Virus record (IMG/VR): IMGVR_UViG_3300032330_001391
Coordinates: 117,103-160,908 of that record
Origin: a virus
Taxonomy: Duplodnaviria; Heunggongvirae; Uroviricota; Caudoviricetes
Strand: one strand, 5' to 3'
DNA length: 43,806 nucleotides
Both the position numbers and the translations under genes were made by a program. The notes under the pieces are model-generated. The model was given only the letters and a program-made list of their open reading frames with translations, ran no database searches and was not told the DNA's origin. Positions 11,326 through 17,584 of the stretch are shown piece by piece (position 1 is the stretch's first letter; each line of letters begins with the position of its first letter).

Positions 11326-11535
11326 TTAATAAAAATCTTGTATTTTAAATAACTCTACTTTAGAGCCGTTTGTTCTAAGAAGTAATGTATTGGAATATTC
11401 TAATGGTTTAGCTTCATGCCAATTAGATGACCATCTAAACTCACTACCATTTTTTATACCTGTAAAAACTTCATTAAATTCATTCATAACAATGTATTCT
11501 TGTTCTTTAAGTTCTTTCTTCTTCTTATATGCCAT
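11326..11535 (-). CDS. Hypothetical protein
   Basis: ORF directly downstream of a promoter-like site at 11540-11571. Confidence 0.55.
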   Translation of the reverse strand: MAYKKKKELKEQEYIVMNEFNEVFTGIKNGSEFRWSSNWHEAKPLEYSNTLLLRTNGSKVELFKIQDFY

Positions 11536-11539
11536 CTTA

Positions 11540-11571
11540 TAAATATACTATCTTAAGAGTGGGAAGCCAAA
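11540..11571 (-). promoter_or_regulatory. Bacteroidota-type promoter upstream of 11326..11535 / thioredoxin / queD
   Basis: TTTG-N20-TATATTTA. Confidence 0.65.
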
Positions 11572-12413
11572 ATTTCTTCAACATGTTTTTTAGCAGTCTC
11601 CCAAGTAACAGGACCTAAATCTAAATCAGCATATTCTACTGGGTCTGGGCGACCTAATTTAATAAACGCTTCAATACGTTCTACTGATGAAGCTGATTTA
11701 TAGTCTGAGTACCATTTGCCTGAATTGTCATGGTCCCAGGTATTGTATATGAAAATAGGTTTATAAGACGTATTAGTGCGTTTATATACTTCATCAAAGT
11801 CTAATCCTAATTGTTCACAGCATTCTAAACCATGTTTTAATATTTCAAATTTATCTACATGTAAAAACGGTGTTACAACTTTTACTTTTTCAGAACCCCA
11901 ATTACCTAATTTAAATGCTTCAAAATCAGCATCTCTAAATTCTTGTCTACAATCAGGATAAATAGCATGGTCACCAGCATGTATACCCATTGCAATATCA
12001 CATTCAGCATTATTTTGTTCAGCAATAGATAACGCTACAGCTTGAATAATACTACTGAATATTTTATTACGATTAGGTACTACTGTTGCTTTCATATTTT
12101 CTTCAGCATAGTGTCCTTCAGGCACATCATCTCCACCTGTTACTAATGTTGAATTAAGTAATTCAGATAAACCATCTAATTTGATTATTTGATGAGTTAC
12201 TTGTGGGTATTCCTTACATAACCACCCTTGTGATGGATCTGAATTGATGTATTTAACTAATTCAGTTGCTCGTTCTAGTTCTATTCTATGTTTTTGACCA
12301 TAATCAAATGATAAACAGGTGACATGATAATTTTGAGCTAATAAGTTTAGCAACAAAGTGCTTGAATCCATTCCTCCACTTAACGAGAGTACCGCGTATT
12401 TTTTCTTTTCCAT
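11553..12413 (-). CDS. queC: 7-cyano-7-deazaguanine synthase
   Basis: LSGGMDS, FDYGQKH, VVPNRN, GIHAGDHAIYPDCR. Confidence 0.95.
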   Translation of the reverse strand: MEKKKYAVLSLSGGMDSSTLLLNLLAQNYHVTCLSFDYGQKHRIELERATELVKYINSDPSQGWLCKEYPQVTHQIIKLDGLSELLNSTLVTGGDDVPEGHYAEENMKATVVPNRNKIFSSIIQAVALSIAEQNNAECDIAMGIHAGDHAIYPDCRQEFRDADFEAFKLGNWGSEKVKVVTPFLHVDKFEILKHGLECCEQLGLDFDEVYKRTNTSYKPIFIYNTWDHDNSGKWYSDYKSASSVERIEAFIKLGRPDPVEYADLDLGPVTWETAKKHVEEILASHS

Positions 12414-12418
12414 AATTT

Positions 12419-12450
12419 TAAATATACTAAATATCTTTTAATTTTCCAAA
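12419..12450 (-). promoter_or_regulatory. Bacteroidota-type promoter upstream of queC
   Basis: TTTG-N20-TATATTTA. Confidence 0.7.
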
Positions 12451-12923
12451 TAAACTCTATCTTTTGTACCCATATGTTGCTCATACCACTGTTTACGATC
12501 CATATCGTACCAACGGTAAGGCAATGTTGGATCATCATTCCATTCATTTACTCCATACCAGTTAGCATCTTTTCGTAAAAGGTTTGCTCTATGTGAACGA
12601 TGAAATTCTTCATTTCCAAACCATAAAGGCATTACTATTTCTTCAGTAATAGTTTCTTTTTGCATTGTGTTGTTTTTACCACGTGCTACCCAAACGTCTA
12701 TAGAGTCATTTAGATACTGCTTTAAAGCAGGTAAATTATCTCTAAACATTTGACTAATAGGATGGTTAACTCTACCTTTAGAATATGGTTTACCAGCTTT
12801 AGTTGGTCTACCTTCTAAACCAGCTATAAGCTGGTAGGTTTCTACTCGTTGTTTGCCTAAGCGTTTATTATCTAAGGATTCAAGAGATTTTTTAAAATCG
12901 GGGTATGGGAGAAATACTTGCAT
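12438..12923 (-). CDS. Pyrimidine-dimer DNA glycosylase-like protein (T4 endonuclease V/DenV-like; MSMEG_6728-type)
   Basis: MQVFLPYPDF...LDNKRLGKQRVE N-terminus, NHP, PLWFG..EFHRSHRANLLRKD. Confidence 0.75.
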   Translation of the reverse strand: MQVFLPYPDFKKSLESLDNKRLGKQRVETYQLIAGLEGRPTKAGKPYSKGRVNHPISQMFRDNLPALKQYLNDSIDVWVARGKNNTMQKETITEEIVMPLWFGNEEFHRSHRANLLRKDANWYGVNEWNDDPTLPYRWYDMDRKQWYEQHMGTKDRVYLEN

Positions 12924-13195
12924 TAAAATCGTTTTGCTATGTTTGAAATAATATCTTCTTCTTCTTTAGATAGAGATAACCAATTATCTCTTAATTTTGA
13001 TAGGGTATTAAGGTATTCTTGTTCGTTTATTGATTCGTTTCCTGTTAATAAAAATGAACCATCTAAATAGTCATTATCTTTTAACCATGTTAAGGCTTGT
13101 TCAATTTCTTGGGATGAACAATCATCTAAAAAATCATTAACATCAACATCTAAATCAACATCGACTTCGACTCCCCATTGTGTAATTGTAGGCAT
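12923..13195 (-). CDS. Acidic hypothetical protein
   Basis: Translationally coupled ORF with EVDVDLDVDVNDFLDD. Confidence 0.6.
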   Translation of the reverse strand: MPTITQWGVEVDVDLDVDVNDFLDDCSSQEIEQALTWLKDNDYLDGSFLLTGNESINEQEYLNTLSKLRDNWLSLSKEEEDIISNIAKRF

Positions 13196-13200
13196 AAACT

Positions 13201-13410
13201 TTATTTTTTATTTTGGTTTTGAAAATATGTGTCTAATACATGTTTTGGATAAAGTAATACTTTACCTTTAAATTTAGAATTTTTAATACTTCGATTTTTA
13301 ACCAAATGGCTAAATTTCTTCTCACTAGCGTACTCGTATACTTGCTTCCCTAACTCAGGACCAGCCGCTCTACCTAAATAGTCATACAATGACATTAATT
13401 GATCTTCCAT
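13201..13410 (-). CDS. Hypothetical protein
   Basis: Packed ORF with LYDYLGRAAGPELGKQV. Confidence 0.6.
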   Translation of the reverse strand: MEDQLMSLYDYLGRAAGPELGKQVYEYASEKKFSHLVKNRSIKNSKFKGKVLLYPKHVLDTYFQNQNKK

Positions 13411-13414
13411 AACT

Positions 13415-14218
13415 TTATTTTATTAAATTGTTAATTAATTTGAACACATCTATATTGTGATGATAATAATCCATATCAATAGATTCTATAGACATCCCTT
13501 GAGCTTGATTCATATTGATTTTAGGTTTACTATGTAAACCATGAAAATCATATAATGTTTTTTCAATAGCCGCCATTACAGGATTAGATGTATCTATTGA
13601 TTCAATGCATTCAATATCCTTATACCACCCAAATTCTTGCGGTACACTACATCCTAATAAATGTACTCTACTTGTAGGTAATAGTAATTTCATACTATAT
13701 AGAGTTGATATTACTTGTAAACGACCTAATGCTTTACCTAAATCTTTATTTGGATGAGGACAAACATCATTATAATATGATGCACCATATGAATATGCTA
13801 TTTTTTTATAACCTAAATCAAAATACGTTTGAGTACATTCAATAGCTTCATTAAGTGATTTAGCCTGTACTACTGCTACTTTAGTAACTTTCTCAGGCAA
13901 ATCAACAGTAGACCAAGAACGAGCATTTTGTATTGATTTTGTTTTATCTTCCCAAACATCAGGCACAATAAATTCATCTGGTTTTAATTCATTAATCCAA
14001 TGCATTAGTCGTTCTGTATTATATGCAGAACCTAATTCATGTAATGAATTATCCATGATTATATATCGACCTTGTTTCTTAGCATCATAGAAATAATCTC
14101 TATAATATTCACTTTCATCTAACAAATGAGGTAAACAATACTCACCATCAGTGTAATCTCGATTAACATAAAGAAGTTCAAATGGAACCTCATGAAATAC
14201 TTTAATACCTTTTATCAT
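13415..14218 (-). CDS. TGT-fold transglycosylase, DpdA-like (putative 7-deazaguanine insertion enzyme)
   Basis: TGT-like motifs in canonical order: IMDNS (DSGG), VPDV, AVVQA (GIVQG), VHLLG, ESIDTS (catalytic Asp). No C-terminal Zn-binding CxCxxC. First gene of a promoter unit upstream of queC. Confidence 0.72.
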   Translation of the reverse strand: MIKGIKVFHEVPFELLYVNRDYTDGEYCLPHLLDESEYYRDYFYDAKKQGRYIIMDNSLHELGSAYNTERLMHWINELKPDEFIVPDVWEDKTKSIQNARSWSTVDLPEKVTKVAVVQAKSLNEAIECTQTYFDLGYKKIAYSYGASYYNDVCPHPNKDLGKALGRLQVISTLYSMKLLLPTSRVHLLGCSVPQEFGWYKDIECIESIDTSNPVMAAIEKTLYDFHGLHSKPKINMNQAQGMSIESIDMDYYHHNIDVFKLINNLIK

Positions 14219-14232
14219 AACTTTATTTACCC

Positions 14233-14264
14233 TAAATATAAGAAAAATCTTTTAAGATCCCAAA
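14233..14264 (-). promoter_or_regulatory. Bacteroidota-type promoter upstream of the TGT/DpdA-like gene
   Basis: TTTG-N20-TATATTTA. Confidence 0.75.
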
Positions 14265-14266
14265 TT

Positions 14267-14863
14267 TTATTTTAAAAGAGAGTAGTATTCTTTAAAATGC
14301 TTTGTTCTATCAGCTAAACCAATTGTTCCGCCATTTACTTTTCTAGTTACCGCTACAACAGCAGTATCATCTGCTCCTTTATCGCACGATGCCCATAATC
14401 CATTTTTATCAAAAAACCAAGCAGCAGACATTAGTGGGTATTTAGTAGCTACTAGATCTGGGTTAGCTAAGATATCATCTTCAACTGTAGCATCAAATGC
14501 TTTATAGTTGTCCTTTCCAGTTAATTGAATATAACCACGACCACGGAACTTATATCCGTCTTTTGATGCTTCATCTCCGTTACCCATTCTACCACCATAC
14601 ACTCTTGCTGCAATTTTTTCAGGTTGGCGAGCATAAGATTCATTTAATGTACCAGGAAAGTATTTAGGAAATACTTTTTTAAGTCCTTCAGCTGAGTAGT
14701 TTAAATTTTCTGATGTGAATTTAAAACCACCAGATTCATGGCCACACTGAGCTAAAAAGTGAGCTAAGCGAAGTGATGTAGTAATGTTAAATTTTGCTGC
14801 TGTGTCTGGAATTTGGGCTAGTACCGCGTCAGGAATGTGCCCTTTGAGTTTGTCTAAGTTCAT
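14267..14863 (-). CDS. Endolysin, glycoside hydrolase family 19
   Basis: LAHFLAQCGHESGGF, FRGRGYIQLTGKDNY, SAAWFF, TRKVNGG..GLADR. Confidence 0.93.
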   Translation of the reverse strand: MNLDKLKGHIPDAVLAQIPDTAAKFNITTSLRLAHFLAQCGHESGGFKFTSENLNYSAEGLKKVFPKYFPGTLNESYARQPEKIAARVYGGRMGNGDEASKDGYKFRGRGYIQLTGKDNYKAFDATVEDDILANPDLVATKYPLMSAAWFFDKNGLWASCDKGADDTAVVAVTRKVNGGTIGLADRTKHFKEYYSLLK

Positions 14864-14873
14864 AGTGTGTTAT

Positions 14874-15614
14874 TTAATTACAGTTTGGATTAACGATTAT
14901 ATCTTCTAATGCTGCTAAGTCGAGTAAGTCGATATTACCATCTTTAACAATGTCAGCTCTGTAGTAGTATCCAAATACACCAACTAACTGCTCTATTGCT
15001 GATAGGTCTATTAAATCTACATTACCATCTCCATTTATATCTCCTCGTCTCAATATTGTATACACCTTTTCTGCAAAACATCCTCTATCATCTTCTACCG
15101 TTATTTTGTATGTATCATAACTTAGATTATCTTGACGTACAGAAAAATACTCTGTAGGGTTGTTTATTATATTTCCAGCACTGCCTTCCCATGTTGTTAC
15201 ATATGGTTGAAGATCTGCTGTACCACCAGTAATTTCCAAACTAATAGCACCATCACTCATCCCACAAGTGACTGGATTTTCTGTAGTAGGATTTATGATT
15301 ATTGGATCTGGTTCTATTACTACTAATGTATTGCAAATTGACTCACTATCTAATGCAACACATGCTGTATATTCTCCTGCTGGTAAGTTAAAAAACATAC
15401 CATGGTTATTGGTTATTACAGTATCAATACTTGACACTGAATATGTGAATTGAGGATCTACTGTTGTTACAGCAGGGTACGCCATAATATTAATATATCC
15501 ATCTGTTCTACCATGACAGGATATTTGTTGATCAACATAAGCTATCGCGGTAAATGTTTGAGCAGATATACTAGTAAAACTCAACAGTATTAGGAGTGTG
15601 ATTACAAATTTCAT
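14874..15614 (-). CDS. Secreted protein with two SprB-type repeats and a C-terminal dockerin-like (paired Ca-loop) domain
   Basis: Signal peptide MKFVITLLILLSFTSISA|Q; ISCHGRTDGYI and VTCGMSDGAISLEITGGT...PY repeats; GDINGDGNVDLID...ADIVKDGNIDLLD. Confidence 0.75.
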   Translation of the reverse strand: MKFVITLLILLSFTSISAQTFTAIAYVDQQISCHGRTDGYINIMAYPAVTTVDPQFTYSVSSIDTVITNNHGMFFNLPAGEYTACVALDSESICNTLVVIEPDPIIINPTTENPVTCGMSDGAISLEITGGTADLQPYVTTWEGSAGNIINNPTEYFSVRQDNLSYDTYKITVEDDRGCFAEKVYTILRRGDINGDGNVDLIDLSAIEQLVGVFGYYYRADIVKDGNIDLLDLAALEDIIVNPNCN

Positions 15615-15617
15615 GGT

Positions 15618-16025
15618 TTAGTTGTATCTATTTTTTCTGATTTCCTTTAATTGCTTATAACGCTTTTTATACTCTTTATAAGAGCATGTATCAAAGAACA
15701 TCGCTGTTTTATTTGTTTCTTCAAACCATTTAGATAAACCACGATTGATGTCGTAGCATTCTCTTATTTGAGCTTTATAACGAGCAGAGATAGTTGTATC
15801 TTCTTTTACAACAATTATTGTATCAATAATGGGAGGTTTACTTAATTCCTTCTTCTGAGAATCAATTATTGCATTATACCTTAAAAACTGAATATTAATG
15901 TTATCCGCCTGTTCTTTGGTAACTAATACAATTTGTTGACCATTAATTGTTCTTGTCTGAGGATATTGGCAATAACTGGTAAGTGCTAGTATCAACAGGC
16001 TCACCAACATTAGAAACTTTTTCAT
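15618..16025 (-). CDS. Exported protein, candidate outer-membrane spanin (135 aa from MKKFLM)
   Basis: Signal peptide ending LTSYC|Q and additional Cys residues. The gene overlaps the 3' end of the TM/coiled-coil gene, as in overlapped spanin pairs. The lipobox is not canonical. Confidence 0.45.
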   Translation of the reverse strand: MKKFLMLVSLLILALTSYCQYPQTRTINGQQIVLVTKEQADNINIQFLRYNAIIDSQKKELSKPPIIDTIIVVKEDTTISARYKAQIRECYDINRGLSKWFEETNKTAMFFDTCSYKEYKKRYKQLKEIRKNRYN

Positions 16026-16281
16026 ATAATTGTTTATTTTCGGTTTTAAGTACTGTGACAACCTTAGATAAACTGTCAGCAGCTTTTTCAGCATGTTTAA
16101 GTTCACCAATTCTTTTTGATATAGTTTTTTGATTTTTTTCTGTCGTTACTTTAATTAAACTATCTATGTTAACTTGTTCCCATGGTTTAGTTTTTATAAC
16201 GCTAGGTTTTTGTCCAGTCATAGTAATCACAATCAATGAGGCTACTATGATGGCTATCAGTGTATTTTTATTTCGTAGCAT
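15943..16281 (-). CDS. Candidate inner-membrane spanin
   Basis: N-terminal TM helix (TLIAIIVASLIVITM) followed by a coiled coil; located in the lysis cassette. Confidence 0.5.
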   Translation of the reverse strand: MLRNKNTLIAIIVASLIVITMTGQKPSVIKTKPWEQVNIDSLIKVTTEKNQKTISKRIGELKHAEKAADSLSKVVTVLKTENKQLYEKVSNVGEPVDTSTYQLLPISSDKNN

Positions 16282-16576
16282 TGATTATAGCTTGTTGAGT
16301 TATTAAATTAAGAATAACTGAATCTTTCGCGTCAATTTTCTTCTCTAAGGCCTTGTTATTTTCAATACAATTATCTAATCCTTTTGTGTCTGTTTTTTGT
16401 TTATCTTTGTATAGATAAACCATTCCAAATATGCATAGGAATGCTACAGCAGCTATAGGATATTTTCTAAACTGATTAAAATTAACAGGTAATTTAAAGC
16501 TTTCACTCGCTGTTTCAACTGTTTCCTTAGCTACACTTTTCTTAGGTGCGGTTGTTGGTTTTTTAGCTGTTGCCAT
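16268..16576 (-). CDS. Single-TM coiled-coil membrane protein (holin/antiholin-like)
   Basis: One TM segment (PIAAVAFLCIFGMVYLY) followed by a coiled coil; located in the lysis cassette. Confidence 0.5.
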   Translation of the reverse strand: MATAKKPTTAPKKSVAKETVETASESFKLPVNFNQFRKYPIAAVAFLCIFGMVYLYKDKQKTDTKGLDNCIENNKALEKKIDAKDSVILNLITQQAIINATK

Positions 16577-16823
16577 TGTCTTCAGTTGATGTGTTTGGTT
16601 TTTTAGTAAATTTGTCTAATGTATCGGCACCCATGCCAATAGCTGTAATTACTAAAACAGCATTAACTAAACTATCAGCGGGTTTAAATTCTTCATGCGA
16701 ATAACTATTTAGTGTCATAGTTACACATAAAAATAAAGTACCAATAAATGCTACTACGGGTTTAACTGAGGTTGAACCTCTTTCGTCTTTGAATAATTCG
16801 ACGATCCATTGTTTGAATGTCAT
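16563..16823 (-). CDS. Holin-like protein with two TM segments
   Basis: 86 aa, two hydrophobic helices and a charged C-tail; first gene of the cassette that ends in the GH19 endolysin. Confidence 0.6.
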   Translation of the reverse strand: MTFKQWIVELFKDERGSTSVKPVVAFIGTLFLCVTMTLNSYSHEEFKPADSLVNAVLVITAIGMGADTLDKFTKKPNTSTEDNGNS

Positions 16824-16890
16824 AATCTTTGTGTTTAAATATTATAAATACAAAACTATTTAAACAACTTATTTCATTGATACATATGTT

Positions 16891-16921
16891 AAAAATAAAA
16901 AAAGCCACATTTCTGTGGCTT
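16891..16921 (-). terminator. Rho-independent terminator with GAAA loop
   Basis: Minus strand AAGCCACA-GAAA-TGTGGCTT followed by a T tract, 26 nt after the stop at 16947. Confidence 0.85.
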
Positions 16922-16946
16922 ACTTTATTGATTGTTTGTGGTTATA

Positions 16947-17573
16947 CTATTTTGATGTTATGTAATTTAAAACTTCTTTTGAAATATCATCATAAGAATC
17001 ATCTTCATCCCAAAATTCTGTAAAATAATCATACATTTCATCGTATGGAAACAAATCTTTATCTAAGTCTGGATTTTCTTTAAAAATATTATCAATGTAT
17101 GCTTTTACTTCTGGTTCTAAATTAAGAGTACCATCAAATGTCCATCCCATACCATCTGGATCTCCTGATTTTCTTCTAAGGATATCAATAGACTTAATAT
17201 ATCCAGGTGGTATTCTATTTTTTATGTTAGAATATATTCTTACTTCTTGATATTCAGGATGGTTAGGTATATCTAATTCTTTAAAGTCATAATTTTTGTC
17301 GTTTTTAATTTTATTCAAATCAATAGATACCCTCACAGTATATGGTGTGTCATTATCTCCATATGGGTTAGAATCTACCCAATCAGAATCTTTACTAGTA
17401 GATGTATAATAAGAATATCCGTAATCTGGAAGCTCAAAAAACTGAGAATTTGATTTATTATCTCCCATTTTTATTCCATTAGACTTTATATCTGGCAAAC
17501 TTTTTTGGCTCCTATAGGTATAGACAGTACCTCCATTAATATTTTCCTTTAATAAGTCAATTAGTTTAATCAT
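16947..17573 (-). CDS. Putative R-S-E ADP-ribosyltransferase with an N-terminal MIKLIDLLKE leader (208 aa)
   Basis: VYTYRS (Arg), YTSTSK (STS), EYQEVRI (catalytic Glu) and IPPGYIKSI in ART order. The ATG at 17573 follows the RNR stop and a TATTTATA motif. Confidence 0.6.
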   Translation of the reverse strand: MIKLIDLLKENINGGTVYTYRSQKSLPDIKSNGIKMGDNKSNSQFFELPDYGYSYYTSTSKDSDWVDSNPYGDNDTPYTVRVSIDLNKIKNDKNYDFKELDIPNHPEYQEVRIYSNIKNRIPPGYIKSIDILRRKSGDPDGMGWTFDGTLNLEPEVKAYIDNIFKENPDLDKDLFPYDEMYDYFTEFWDEDDSYDDISKEVLNYITSK

Positions 17574-17584
17574 GGATATAAATA

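Noticed and set aside
16829-17023. Plus-strand 64-aa ORF in the holin/ART intergenic region
   Set aside because: It spans a minus-strand terminator and promoter motif and overlaps the ART-like gene; likely spurious.
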